Origin: Lama glama
Taxonomy: Eukaryota
Assembly (NCBI GenBank): GCA_028534125.1
Contig: CM052816.1
Coordinates: 96,908,001-96,972,000, forward strand
Length of the DNA stretch: 64,000 bases
Direction of reading: 5' to 3'
Below, piece after piece: positions 12,601-25,493 of this stretch. Both the position numbers and the translations under genes were made by a program. The notes beneath the pieces are model-generated. The model was given only the letters and a program-made list of their open reading frames with translations. It did no database searches and was not told where the DNA came from. Each line of letters opens with the position of its first letter. The stretch's first letter is position 1.

Positions 12601-13864
12601 CCAGTCTGGTGTCTCAGTCAGCCAGGTAAGAAAGTCAATCTGGTCCCTGCAGCTCCATTTAGAGGTGGAAGTCCTTGATTAACTTTTGTCAATTGAGTTA
12701 ACCTTGTATTGAATTATTAAATGCGTCAATTGCAAGATTCCAATATAATCAATGTAGCAGAACATGCTGAATTTTCACACAATGAACAACACTTTTATAA
12801 CCTGCACCAGCTGAAGAAACAGAATATTATCAGCACCACTTATTTCTCTCCAGTCAATCCCACTGACTCCAACGTGTAACCCTTACCCTGATTTCTAACC
12901 CCAGATTCACTTGCCTGTTTTTTTGAGTTTTCTCAACTTTACAAAACACAATCCAATTGTATCTACTATTTTTCACTCAACTTCTTCCGTTCGGCATTTG
13001 GTTTTTGAGGTTTGTACGTGCTGTTACAGGTGTGGTGCCAATCTGTCCACTCTTGTTCTGTACACTGTTCAATGATATGAATGTACCACAATTTAAACAT
13101 CTATTCCATTGCAGATGGAGACTTCAGCTTTTACCCCACTTGGCTTTTGAGAATAGTGCCACTCTGACTTTCTAGTATGTCTTTTGGTGAATAGACTTAC
13201 TCATTTCCCCTGGAATATAGAACTCCTAGCAGTGGCATTGCCGCATCATGGCAGGTTAATTATGTATTTGATCAGCGTTAGCAGATGCCATCAATGTTCC
13301 AAAACTGTCAATGTATTTGTACCAATTTACACATCTACTGACAATCTACAAGAGTTCCACTTGCTCTGTACCTTACCGGCACTAGATAGTGTCTGTCCTT
13401 TTTATTTTACTTATTCCAATGGGTTTCTTTTATTCTGTTTTTCCTGACGAGCATCTTTTCACGTGTCTATTGGCCCTCTGCACATTCTCTTTTGTGAAGT
13501 GTCTGTTTGAGTCTTTTGCTTATTTTTCTAGCGTCTTCTGTCCTCTCCTTTTTGATTTGTAAAATCCTACATCTGAGCCCTTTTTCAAACTTATGCAAGA
13601 AACTAGCTCCTCCCAGTTTCTATCTTCCTTATACGCTCTAAATGATGTCTTTTGATGAGGATAAGTTCACAAATTTGACACAGTCCAATTTTTCTCTTTT
13701 TTCCTGTATTATTGGTTAGTATTTTTATCTGCATGTGTTTCCTCTAAGAAACTTTTGCCTACCTCAGTGTTTCACAGGTGAGTATCTATGTTTTCTTCTA
13801 AAAATTTATGGCTTCACCTTTCCTTTTCAAGGCTATAATGTGGGTTCTGATCGGCAGACATCCC

Positions 13865-14364
13865 NNNNNNNNNNNNNNNNNNNNNNNNNNNNNNNNNNNN
13901 NNNNNNNNNNNNNNNNNNNNNNNNNNNNNNNNNNNNNNNNNNNNNNNNNNNNNNNNNNNNNNNNNNNNNNNNNNNNNNNNNNNNNNNNNNNNNNNNNNNN
14001 NNNNNNNNNNNNNNNNNNNNNNNNNNNNNNNNNNNNNNNNNNNNNNNNNNNNNNNNNNNNNNNNNNNNNNNNNNNNNNNNNNNNNNNNNNNNNNNNNNNN
14101 NNNNNNNNNNNNNNNNNNNNNNNNNNNNNNNNNNNNNNNNNNNNNNNNNNNNNNNNNNNNNNNNNNNNNNNNNNNNNNNNNNNNNNNNNNNNNNNNNNNN
14201 NNNNNNNNNNNNNNNNNNNNNNNNNNNNNNNNNNNNNNNNNNNNNNNNNNNNNNNNNNNNNNNNNNNNNNNNNNNNNNNNNNNNNNNNNNNNNNNNNNNN
14301 NNNNNNNNNNNNNNNNNNNNNNNNNNNNNNNNNNNNNNNNNNNNNNNNNNNNNNNNNNNNNNNN
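13865..14364. other. Assembly gap (500 N)
   Basis: N run. Confidence 1.
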
Positions 14365-14820
14365 CACATTTTTTTCTCTGTGAGCTACCATAAGATCTTG
14401 TATATATTTCCCTGTGCTATACAGTATAATCTTGTTTATCTAGTCTACAATTTTGAAATCCCAGTCTATCTTTTCCCACCCCCAGCCCCCTTGGCAACCA
14501 CAAGTTTGTATTCTATGTCTATGAGTCTGTTTCTGTTTTGTATTTATGCTTTGTTTGTTTGTTTGTTTTTAGATTCCACATATGAGTGATCTCATATGGT
14601 ATTTTTCTTTCCTTTTCTGGCTTACTTCACTTAGAATGACATTCTCCAGGAGCATCCATGTTGCTGCAAATGGCGTTATGTTGTGGGGTCTTATGGCTGA
14701 ATAGTATTCCATTGTATAAATATACCACATCTTCTTTATCCAGTCATCTGTTGATGGACATTTAGGCTGTTTCCATGTCTTGGCTGTTGTAAATAATGCT
14801 GCTATGAACATTGGGGTTCA
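14365..14820 (-). mobile_element. Young lineage-specific L1 3' end
   Basis: Minus ORF 14569-14811 MFIAALFTTAKTWKQPKCPSTDDWIKKMWYIYTMEYYSA is the L1 ORF2p C-terminus. Confidence 0.95.
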
Positions 14821-15464
14821 CGTCAAGATACATTCTTTATGTATGTTAATTACAAAGCAGACCACCAGACCAGCCAGTTCCTTGTTTTGGGGATAAAAGA
14901 CTATCTAACAGCAATCAAGCCCAGTGTTTACAGCTGAGGGCCTGGGTCGTTGCTTTGCAACAAGCAGAGTGCTACCTAAAACCTCAACTATGCAAGCAAG
15001 GCATTGTCTCTGCTTTTTACGGCAAGGAGACAGGAGTGCGGATGGACACACAGGCGTGTGCTTGCAAAGCAGTTACTAAGCACAGTTGTTCCTCTTAAAG
15101 AAGACAAGAGGCCGGGGTCTATTACAATTTGTTAACCCAATCCTGGGCTCCCACACTGTAATACATCTGAAATAGAATTTGTGTTCATTATCTTAGCTAG
15201 ATCGTCAATACTTTTTATATCCATGTGGATCACCAATTATCTCAAATCTGTATTTTTCAAAATACCATCTTTACCTTCCTGCAAAGTAATGTCAGAAGTC
15301 ACATGATCTTACATGAGTGGGTTATTTCTGGACCCTCTAGTCTGTTCTGTTGGTCTATTTGCCTGAATTACTACAGCTTCATAATAAACCATCATTCCTG
15401 GCAATTTAGGTCCTTTGTTGTTCTTGTTGTCCGACATTGTTTTTCCCTGTTGCTATCCTGAATT

Positions 15465-15965
15465 ATGACTTAACAGGACAATCTGGTTGCTGCGCTAAGA
15501 ACAGAATTTGGGGTAAAGAATACAAGGAAAGAAGCAGGAATATCAGTGAGGAAGCTTCTGCATTAACCTAGGGAGCAGTAAATGCTGACTCGGATAGAGG
15601 TACAGTGACAGAGGTGTTGAGAAGTAGTAACTTACGTAAATGCTTTGGAGTAGCAGCAGCAGGGATGCTTATAGACCAGATGTGGACAAGTCAAGCTCAT
15701 GCCACAGGTTTGGGGGAAAGCAAAGGAAAGAGAGAGATCATTTATTGAGGTGTGGGAAACTCCAAGAAGAAAAAGGCCTAGGGGGGGAATCAAGAATGCG
15801 CATTTCAAGCTTCTTAACATTGAGATCCAAGTGGAGACGCTGAGTAGGAAGGTGAAGACATAAGTCTAGAATTCAGGAAAGAGCTCCAGGTTGGAGACAT
15901 ACATTTAGGAGTTAACAGAGTAAGGAAGGTATTGAAAGCCACGAGACTGGCAGAGAGAACCCCGG
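15465..15965 (-). mobile_element. L2 fragment
   Basis: Purine-rich L2 text: atccaagtggagacgctgagtagg, gttggagacatacatttaggag, tgaaagccacgagactgg. Confidence 0.75.
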
Positions 15966-16069
15966 TGGTGAGCTACGTCTTACGAGATGCTATAAAGCAG
16001 AAAAGAAAGAAAACTAGAAGTCATTCCTGGCTCTCTCCTTTCTTTCATCTCTAAACAACCAATGTATTT

Positions 16070-16330
16070 TCCTTTCTTTTCTTTTTTTTTAATTGAAGTT
16101 ACAATGTGTCAATTTCTGGTGTACAGCACAATGTCCTGGTCATGCATATAAATACGTATATTCGTTTTCACATTTTTTTCCATTAAAGCTTTTTACAAGG
16201 TATTGAACATAGTTCCCTGTGCTATAAAAAGAAACTTTTAAAATCTATTTTTATATATATGATATCACTCATATATGGAATCTAAAAAAAAAAAAAAGAC
16301 ACTGTGAACTCATCTACAAAACGGAAACAG
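16070..16330. mobile_element. Short young L1 3' end with an inverted piece
   Basis: Poly-T then antisense L1 tail (16070-16260), then sense gatatcactcatatatggaatctaaaaaa...gaactcatctacaaaacggaaacag. Confidence 0.75.
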
Positions 16331-16735
16331 CAGGTGTAGTTTTGAGTCTCCTCATCTCTTCTTGCAAAATACCTTCTGCACTGCCAGGTGTCCACAAACA
16401 TTTATCTTTAAAGGTCTTTAGATTTTGAGGATCAAATGTGATCCATGCTGCAGAGTGTTTTCTTTTTTACAATTTAAAAATGTAAAAGTCATGCTTAAGT
16501 TTCTATTCACACAGAAACAGAACTCAGCTGAATTTGGTCTGTGGACCATAGTTTACCAACTGCTGGTCTAAACCCTTACCGACTCTGGGTTTCCGCAGTG
16601 TTCTGTCTGATCTCCACAGAGAATGAAGAGTTATGGAGCTTGCTTTTTGTTTTTGTTTTTTTAAGATCAAGGTCAGATGATGGCACTTAAATGACTTTAC
16701 ATTGAACAGACAATAAAATAAAAACACTTTAGTGA

Positions 16736-17363
16736 TGAGACAGGAGGGAAGGGGGCAGGGCACAGCCACTCAAGGAATGACAGCAATTTAACACCAAAAT
16801 GGTGGGAGATTCACCTCCTACTTGACCTTAAGGATTAAGAGGTTTAACTTCTAGTAGACCTTGAGCTTCATTATATGCTCATTGTAACAGCAGGATCAAA
16901 TAACATGCCCGCAGGCGCCATGACAGCCCCAAGGCTAACCGCAAAAGGCCAAAGAATGGGCAAGTGGCCCAACCCCTGGGAATCCCAGCCCCTTCCCCAA
17001 GGCAGTTGGATTGATCTCACCTGTAGGCGTGTGAAGCTACTGAGACCCTAAAAAGCGAGGACACCATGCCTAGTGGCCCTTGGCGCTCTCTCTCCCCTTG
17101 GGAGACGGCCCACATTCTGTCTGTGGAGTGTGTACCTACTTTTACTTTAACCTGAGCACCCGATTCTCACATCTCTTCCCTTGCCTCTCTCTGGCCTTAA
17201 GTGTATCTCTCTAAATAAATCTACCGTTACTCAACAGTGGCTCACACTTGAATTCTTTCCTGAGCGAAGCCAAGGACCCACACCTGGCGGGACACATCCC
17301 AGAGACTAAACCGAGACCTGGGATTCAGCCCTCCTCACGCCGCACATCTGTTTTCCTGCATCA
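16736..17363 (+). mobile_element. ERV1 solo LTR
   Basis: TGAGA...CATCA termini; perfect 4-bp TSD gtga (16732-16735, 17364-17367); AATAAA at 17214. Confidence 0.85.
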
Positions 17364-17369
17364 GTGAGA

Positions 17370-17600
17370 CCTACCGGGCCCCGCGTGATCCGGGTGCTGC
17401 TGAGGAGTGCTAAGTCAGCCTACAGCCTGTTTTTATGAATAACGTTTTGCTGGGACACAGCCACGCACATTTGCTTCCACACTGTCTGTGTCTGTTTTCA
17501 CTCTACTGTGACCGAGTGGTTGTGATGCAGACCACGTGGCCCACAAAGCCTAAAATCTTTACTGCCTGGAGCTTTACAGGAAAAGTGTGCTGGCTCCTGT
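17370..17600. mobile_element. hAT-Charlie MITE (MER58A-like)
   Basis: gcctgtttttatgaataacgttttgctgggacacagccac...ggcccacaaagcctaaaat. Confidence 0.8.
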
Positions 17601-17749
17601 TCTGAAGCGTCAGCATTATTTCTGTGCCAGGCTTTTGCATATGCAATCCCTCTGTAACGCTTTTGATTCTGCAGTTTTTTCATGGGCTTCATGTTAAAAT
17701 TTACTTGATTATTCTCTTTAATTCGTAACAAACTATCACACCGATACAT

Positions 17750-18870
17750 ACAAATTTCCTACGGTGTATCTTTTTATTGCATTGTATTGTATTTCTGCCC
17801 TTTATTCCCTATCTGTTCTCTCATTTCACTCCTAATTGAATCAAGATCAGAAAATATATTCTGTATAAAGAACTTCTCTGAAATTTGTTGTGACAATTTA
17901 TGGCCAAATATGTGGCTTTTTTCTGTATGAATCTCATGTGCTATGGAAAACCATGCGTATAAATGTTGAGTACAACATTCTACAGATTTCCATTAAGACC
18001 GTTTTGTTCATCATGTTGATCAGATCTTTTGTATCTTGACTTTTCATCTGTTCTGTTGCTTACTGAGAAATATATCTTAAAATATTTCACTATGATTATG
18101 GAATTATCTATTTCTCCATGTAGTTTTGTTTATTCAAAGTTCATGCTATTAGATACATACACATTTATAATTGTTATGTACAGTTGACCCTTGAACAACA
18201 TGGGTTTGAATGGTGTGGATCCACTTATTTACGGATTTTTTTCAATAAATTGTACTACACACTCTTCAATTGGTTAAATCCACACATGCAGAACCACAGA
18301 TACAGAGGGCCCACTGTAAGGATATCATGTGGATTTTTGACTGTCAGGGGTCAGTGTCCCAAACCTCCAAAGTCATTCAAAGGTCAATTGTATTTCTTGC
18401 AAATTGGGTTTTTCATCATATGAAGCTTCCCTTGTCTCTTGGTATTATCTGCATAATCAAGCCCCCAGGTAATTATAGACCAAGGACATCATGGAAGAGA
18501 AGAACCACTGAGCCTGAGAAGTAATAAAATGGGAAGTAATAAAATGGTTGTCATTTTAAGTCATTAAGTTAGGGGGTGGCTTGCTACACACAATTTGATA
18601 AACAGTATAGTGTTGTATGTAATTTTTAAAATAAATCCTCAACTAGTATCTCTTCAAATAGTTCCTTTGCCCTTTTTCTATTTCTTCTACAATTCTAATT
18701 AAACATGTATTTTCACACTTTTCTATATCATTTGCCATCTCTTCATAATTTTCTATCATTTCTTTACACTACATTCTTGATATCCTCTGATCTGGATTTG
18801 GTTCACCAATTGTCTATTTAGCTGGATTTAATCTGACGTTAAACTTGATCATATATTTTGGCTTTAACTT
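17750..18870 (-). mobile_element. Old L1 ORF2 remnant with MER8 and MLT1 inserts
   Basis: ctgaaatttgttgtgacaatttatggcc, tactgagaaatatatcttaaaatatttcactatgattatgga. Confidence 0.65.
18181..18390. mobile_element. Tigger MITE (MER8-like)
   Basis: TIRs cagttgacccttgaa...ttcaaaggtcaattg; TA target duplication on both sides. Confidence 0.9.
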
Positions 18871-18986
18871 TGGTTCCCTAGATGCAGGTAGGGAGATGTC
18901 CTTCACTTAGTGGGTCTGCATAACAGCGGAAGAGCCTTGTGCTTAGGGCACCCCAGTTTTTTACAATGAGAAGCAAGCAAGTCTAC

Positions 18987-19094
18987 CTGACATTTTCTCT
19001 GGAAGGAGACGTTACTATCTTGGATAGAAAGCAAAGCTACTCTGCGCTCCTTAAGAAGATATTGTTTATCTTTCAAGTCTACTAAATATACAAC
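18987..19094 (-). CDS. Candidate 108-nt phase 0/0 coding exon (VVYLVDLKDKQYLLKERRVALLSIQDSNVSFQRKCQ), unknown product
   Basis: tatttcaag| ... CAG|gtagac; only frame 0 is open; unique island between repeats. Confidence 0.3.
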
Positions 19095-19261
19095 CTTGAA
19101 ATAACAGTCCAGAATAAAGGCAAATGGTTTCTGTGCTAACAAAATGAGCAGAAATGCAAGAGACTTGCGAACAATTATCTCCCGACTCCTGCTTTTTAAA
19201 ATCTAGGAATTTTTAACATCAGGTATGTAATGTGGTGTGCTGGGTGTTCTCCTGAGCCAAC

Positions 19262-19410
19262 CATACATACATACATACACACACACACACATGTATGTAC
19301 ATACATACATGTATACACATGCACATACACATATACATGTGTGTACATACATATACACACATACATATACACACATGCATACATATAAACACCTACACAT
19401 ATTTACACAA
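19262..19410. repeat. Degenerate (TACA/CA)n microsatellite
   Basis: ~150 bp of alternating purine-pyrimidine sequence. Confidence 0.95.
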
Positions 19411-19799
19411 ATGGCATTAATGGAAATCTAGTGAAATCCAAGTATAAAGTTAGTTTCTTAGATTTACCAGTGCACCACGGTTATGTAAAATGATAGTTTT
19501 AAGGTAATGAGTGAGAAATATACAAAAACACTCTGTACAATTCTTGTAACTTTTCTGCAAATCTAAAATTAATTTGCATGAAAGTTTATTAAAACAACCA
19601 GTTCGGCTCAGCCCCTGCTTTTCTATAGGCAAACACTGTCAAGATAAATAGGCCGTCAGCTATTTGAGTAGTAGGCTTACTTGCAGAGCCCAGTCCGCTC
19701 CTAAACTTGGGCTTTGCAATTCTGAGAGATCTTAGAAATTCTAAGGAGATCTGTTTTATACTTCAAATATTCTTTTAAATTTTACTCAGCAGAAAAATT

Positions 19800-21100
19800 T
19801 ACTAAGTTCCTAATTCACTGTTGTCAGAAACAATTGCTCCTTTCCCTCCCATAGGTACGCATTCTAATACGTTCAGGCTGTGGCTTTGTGCTCCACACGC
19901 CCTCCATGTGTTTGTTCAAGTGGCATGTATCCTTTAAAGTGGATAGAATTTCATGTGCTTATTTTTCACTTAGATAAATGACTCAATTCTCATACTCCTT
20001 ATTGACTTATCACTAAATTCTATATATGCTTTGTGGATGTTATTGTACGTAACTCTATTACTTTCTTATCTAAATTGTATTATTGCGTCTGATGCGTATG
20101 TCAGTTTCTTGTATCGTCCTCCAAAGATGAACGCATAGGTCAGTTTTAACTCCTTGCTTCTACAAGCATGAGCAGTGCTTGGAAGATTCTCCTGACACAC
20201 TACTTCGTGGACATAAATATACCAAAAATGTTGGTCTTAGTACATACACGTGTAATTTTACAAAATACTACCAACTTAATTTTCATAACTGAATTAGTGA
20301 CATCATAATCCTAGCAGCCAAGCTTAAGCTTTGAGACCCCACACTCTTACCATCACTTAACAAGAATCAGTTTTTCCAGTCTATAGGTATAGAGTGATTT
20401 CTCACAATTACTTTAATATTCACTTCCCTGATTGCTGGGGTGGCTCAGAATTTTTACATATACTTATTAGTAATTTCTTCGGGTTTTTCCTTTTGTAAAT
20501 TGCCTATTTAGAGATTTTTGCCGTTTTTTTTTTCTTACAGGAATAGCTTATCATATACCCTCCATAGTAATCCTTTGTCAGTTAACTATTGCAAATACTG
20601 TTACTACACCCATAATACATCTGTTACCTTTATTTATACTGTTCTTTGAAAAGAAATTTTAACTTCAGTGGAGACAGTTCTATCAATTTCCCCCATACTA
20701 ATGTTGGTATGTTTGTGATCTCATTTTTAAAATGTTCCCCACAAATTAATCCAACAATATAAAAGGAAAAGCATAAGACTAAGACGACCCAGCAGGACAC
20801 TGAAGATCAAGAACGATATTGAAGAACGGTGGAGGACTAAGATGATTCACTTTAAGACTCAGCATAAAGCCATAATAAATCAACACAGACAAACTAATTT
20901 AAAAATTGGCAAGAGAATATTGGTAACAAAATAAACAGATTGATGGAACAGAACAGAGAGAAATAAAGACCCAAATAAACAAAGTCAACTAATCTTTCCC
21001 AAAATAAGGAGCAAAGAAATGAAATGGAGAAAGGATAGTCTTTTCCATAAATGGCATTAGAACAACTGGAAACTCAATCACATTATAAAAACAAAAAATT
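19800..21100. mobile_element. Old L1ME fragments (antisense to ~20740, then sense)
   Basis: ttccttttgtaaattgcctattt; gattgatggaacagaacagagag, aaaggatagtctttttccataaatgg. Confidence 0.65.
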
Positions 21101-21237
21101 ACTAAAAAAAAAAAACCAAATAAACATCTTTCACTCAAGGTTTCCTAGTTTTTCCTGGTCCAACAAGAACAGGACTCTAAGCTTCTGGTTTTACAACCAA
21201 CATCAATCAGACCCCAGGTAAACACCTCTCCACTTAC

Positions 21238-21361
21238 CCTATTTCCTTGAAACAGAGGGACCATTGTCTGAATTCCATGGAGTTGTGTGGTTTGTGCTGC
21301 TGGCAGGGCTAGACATAGACTCAGCTTTGGAGGACAGTGTGGCTTTGAACAGTAGCAGCAC
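21238..21361 (-). other. Candidate exon carrying a strong-Kozak ATG (21264)
   Basis: Consensus donor AGG|gtaagt; cagacaATGg; the pyrimidine tract ends tttatttcgg (non-AG), so the 5' boundary is uncertain. Confidence 0.35.
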
Positions 21362-21531
21362 CGAAATAAAGGAACAGCCAAATTAATGAATGCGCTAAAT
21401 CCTTCCTCTTACACAGCAAAAGCACAAGCCGTACAACAGAGTGTCATCCCAAGAAATGTGGACTACATACTTCCTTTCTTTTCTTTAAGAAAGCAAAAAA
21501 TGTCCAAATGTGTGGTTCTGAAAGTACTCAC

Positions 21532-21565
21532 CAGTTAGCAAGGAATTACAATTTGCATCTAGGAC
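21532..21565 (-). other. Candidate 34-nt exon
   Basis: ccttcag| ... CTG|gtgagt; weak pyrimidine tract. Confidence 0.25.
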
Positions 21566-23499
21566 CTGAAGGCTATTTGGCACTAATAAAAAAAATTAAA
21601 TACTCTTAAATTTGTATAGTCTAAAATATTCTTAAATCTGTATGTTCTATATACCCAAACATATTTAGTCTAAATAATATGCTTGAAGTATGATCTGATT
21701 CTTCACATAGGCAGTCACAATTGGAAAAATTTTCATTAGGACAACAGGTAGAGAGAAATATTAACCCAACATAAAAATGCACTTACCTTAGTATAAATGT
21801 GCCCAAAGATGTGTATACAATTATTTTATTGCAACACACCACAGCAAAAATTGGAAACATCTTAAATGGTCTTACTTAAGAGACGGATTAAGAAGCATTT
21901 TTTTATACATGTGTACCATGAAACCTAGTACAAGGCAGCTGGTAGATCTATATGCGATAGCATTTAGTGGAAAAGCATATGAAAAGCATAGGGGAAGCTG
22001 AGAATTTGGGAATGTTGCTTAAGGCTGTAACTTTTTTTCTGAGTTATTTAGAATTTTTTACCAGGGATATGTATTTTTTAAAGTATATTTCAACTCTGGA
22101 GGGGAAAGAGGTTTATGTGAGTGTGTGTGTGGTATATACATATGTATGTGTATATATATATATATATCAGTAAATAAATCTGAAATATTGGGTTAGAATG
22201 AGAAAGCCATATTGTACTAAAAATGGCCCATTTCTTCCTCTGGGCTATTCTCTGGCCTAATTTTCTGTCTGCAGTTTACTTCTGAACTGCATGGAAGATT
22301 TGCAGAATACCATTAGCTATGGTGGAGAAATTACTTTCATGCTAAAGTCTTGTTCTTAGCCACTTCTAACTTCTTAGGGAAAAAAAATTTAGCTTAAAAT
22401 TTCTCTAGCTGTTTTCTAGCCAAAGATAAATTTGATTTGAAATGCTTAGAGGAAAAAAATTCCCTTAGCTCTGTCAGTTACTTATGCATATATCGAGGGT
22501 GTTTTAATACACTGAGAACAAAAAAAAAAAAAAAAGAAAGTCATTCACATTTTTTAATGGGTAACCTGAAGGAATCTGCGCTAAATACCTTTTAACTTAT
22601 CATGGTTGCAGGTAACCAAGACAGAATAGCTGTAACTGCAACATTCCTGCCTTTGTGGATTCTCTGTACATACATGACCACGGTGAAAATCTTGTCTTAT
22701 GCAAGTGCCTTTCTCTAGTGTTTGTCTTTAGTTATAGCAGCTGGCCAATATGACACTCCTCCTATTTCTATATCATGTTCTCAAGCTCCTGTTTTCCTTT
22801 TATTTTTTTGACTGAGTAATGCACATGCGTGCATTTCAATGAAATAAAATCTCAGTAGCGCAAAATTTCAATGAAATTAAAAGACGAATAGTGAAAATTA
22901 AGGCTCTACTACCCATTCCTTAGGGTAACCTGCCAGGAGCCACATGACTGGAACAAGCTCCTGGGGTGTCCTCCCAGATATGATCTACACACGTGCACGC
23001 ACTTGTGAGCACACAGGAGTCTCCTCCATCAGGTCTTCATAGCGGGACACTGTGAGCACGGCTAAGGCCCAGGAGGGTTTTTTTTTTCCCTCTCCTTATT
23101 ATAAAGCAGTTTTATTTTATAGTCAAAGGTCAGAGCCAGGACGTTTTTGAGACATAGGTGAAGGACTGCAGGTACCCAGACTTCCCTCGAAAGTTTTAGT
23201 CATTAGAGTCCTTGTTTCTAGATGGGCTGGAAATAAGGGTAAGTCGGTACACAAGCTTTAAGAAGACAATTTTTAGCAAAAAATTGTTTAATTTCTAAAG
23301 TGCAAAATCAGTTATGCTATTTTTATATGAATTACAAAATAATATTTAGGTAAGTGACTTTTCAAATCATTTTCTTTAAACCTTTGAGCCAATGCATATC
23401 ACAACTTATTAAAGGCAGAACTGGAAACACAAATGGCTGAAGCCACCTGTAATACAGCAACGGCTTTATCCGCTCAGATTCCCCCACCTGTTTAGAAGA

Positions 23500-24860
23500 C
23501 AGATCGTGTTCACAGGCTGTTTCCCTGCAGACACGCGTGCCGAACCGCAGTTTTCTGGACCCCTGCCCGGCTCTGATCTCACCCACCGGAGGAAGCAGAG
23601 GGAACAGCCCAGGGCTGGGCATTGCCCCGGGGGCGGCTGGTAGAGACGGACCAGGCGCTCTACCTGGAACCAGAGCTCACTGACCGCGCTGCTGCCCCGG
23701 GGGGGCGGCTCCACGCGGCTGCTGCCCAGCTACCCACCTGCCACCATCAAGCCACCCACGCGACCTCTGAGCGCCTCTCCTGCCCTCACTGCCCTTTGTC
23801 CCCTGCCTTCCTCACCCCAACTCAACTTATCCACCCTTGAAGTGGTTTAAGTTAATCAGTCTCACATTAAGCTGTTACCCCTGCTTTGCGTTCTGAGAGT
23901 CCGCTGCATTGCAAGTTAGAGAGCTCCGCGTGACCCTGCAGAGGGATAGCTCTTTACAGGGACACCAGGGCCCTGGCCCACCCCGGCCCCACCTGCAGCC
24001 CCCAGAGGCCTCCCACTCCTCCTCCCACTGTCCCACCTTCTCCTCCGCAGCGGCAGCCCTGCGAGCAGGTCCCCGCCGTGGTCCCCGTCTGGAAGGGACG
24101 CTGCTTCTGCACGCGGCTGCATGATGTCGGGCCACGGAGAGGAATAAATTGGGAGAATGAAATAGAAAGAGACACCCCGGGGGGACTAATTACGAAAAAC
24201 ACAAGTCTCCGTCAGCACAGGGGACAAGCTGAAGGAAAACCCTGGCACACAGGTGGAGTGAAATAAACCGGATCCGGGACGGCACCCCCGTGAGCCGGAG
24301 GAGGCCGGCCTCCACAGGGCAGTGTCACCAGCCGAGCCCCGGAGCCTGGGCGCGGTCAGACCCCTCAGAGGAGGGGTCCTCTGTGCGGCAGAGCCCCACA
24401 GAGGGGGCCAGAGCAAAGTCACACCTGCGCTGGCTTCTGGGGCGCCGCAGACAATGCCGGCAGGGGCACCCTTACCTCGGATTTACTTCCCGGGGCCTCT
24501 CACAGGCGGGTCCCTTGGTGGCGTCTGCGCTCGGCTGTGGGCGGGGTCGATGGCTTTTCTCCTTCTTGCCCGCTTCAGTGTGACGTGTAAGGTCCCCGAG
24601 CGGGTCGTGGGACCACCCAGGTGGAGGGGCTAACCGTCCACCTGTCTGTCTCCTGGCCTGGGACCGAATGTCTGTTCCCGGAGTCGGAGCTGGGTGTCTG
24701 CAGGGTGGCTGGAGGTCCTCACCACGGGTGTGAGTGAGCACGGACGTGGGTGACAAATGACGCTCACCACCCCATCCGAGTGGTCACAGGCGTGGACGAG
24801 GACGCTGCGGGGCCGGTGTTTGAAGCTGAGGATGCTGAAACCATGCCAGGTCCCTGGGTT
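23500..24860. promoter_or_regulatory. CpG island / promoter
   Basis: ~1.3 kb high-GC, CpG-dense segment; GC box 24538-24546, TGACGT 24581, MYB-type TAACCGTC 24631. Confidence 0.8.
24476..24580 (-). other. Candidate non-coding first exon
   Basis: GAG|gtaagg donor at 24476/24475 inside the CpG island; TSS position is a guess. Confidence 0.45.
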
Positions 24861-25394
24861 GGTGACCTCAGGAAACAAACATGAGAGAGGATCTGGCTAT
24901 CAAGAGGTTATTAAAGGACCATGATGTCTGCTTTGTGGTGTGGGAAGCACCATTCTGGAGAAGGTCTTATAACATAGGCAAGGATGTTACCAGTCAGTCT
25001 TTCCGCCCTCCTTGTGGAAGTACCTAAAACAGACCCAGGGCAAACCGCCTGTTGAAGCTGCTTTATTTTCCAATTAATTCGGTTCTCAGTATGTCAACAA
25101 CAACAACAGAAAAACACAGGATGAACTCTGCCTTCACCTTTCCCCTGCTGGAGTCTTTATCTTGTTACCATGACAACTCACTCCACAAATTTGTTGCCAG
25201 ACACATCGTTAAAAAACGGTAGAGTGCCTTATCTAGTAAAATTGAAAATAAATCCTCAAAAGTACAAAGTAGATAATAATCCAGTAGCCAAGAGTATTAA
25301 AAACCTCACTGGAAAACTTTCAGTGGTGAAATCGATTTTAAAATTCCTAAAATTATTAAAGTCTTCACAAATTAATATTGAGAATATATTTTCT

Positions 25395-25493
25395 TTTTTT
25401 AATTGAAGTACAGTCAGTTACAATGTGTCGATTTCTGGTGTACAGCGCAATGTCCCAGTCACCCATATCCATATATATATTTGTTTTCATATT
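25395..25493 (-). mobile_element. Severely 5'-truncated young L1 tail
   Basis: Poly-T plus aattgaagtacagtcagttacaatg; TSD ttgagaatatattttct (25378-25394) / ttgaaaatatgttttct (25494-25510). Confidence 0.85.

Larger units (their letters stand above)
13839..15155 (-). mobile_element. ERV LTR (6-bp TSD, ERV2/ERVK-like), interrupted by a gap and a young L1
   Basis: Inverted termini TGTGGG...CCCACA; flanks ctataa (13833-13838) and ctgtaa (15156-15161); strand uncertain. Confidence 0.6.
12690..15450 (-). mobile_element. Old L1ME/MC element hosting nested insertions
   Basis: Antisense L1 text at 12690-13830 (gtaccacaattt, gagcatcttttcacgtgtctattggcc, cttttgtgaagtgtctgttt) resumes at 15160-15450. 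Confidence 0.75.

Noticed and set aside
13735..14589. Long ORFs (284 aa etc.), also at 33257-33871 and 53133-53687
   Set aside because: Artefacts of translating through N gaps
19196..19431. Y/V/C/M- and H/T/Y-rich ORFs
   Set aside because: Translation of a microsatellite
23362..24878. Many overlapping 60-100 aa ORFs on both strands
   Set aside because: Expected in a GC-rich CpG island where stop codons are scarce; low-complexity P/G/R/A composition
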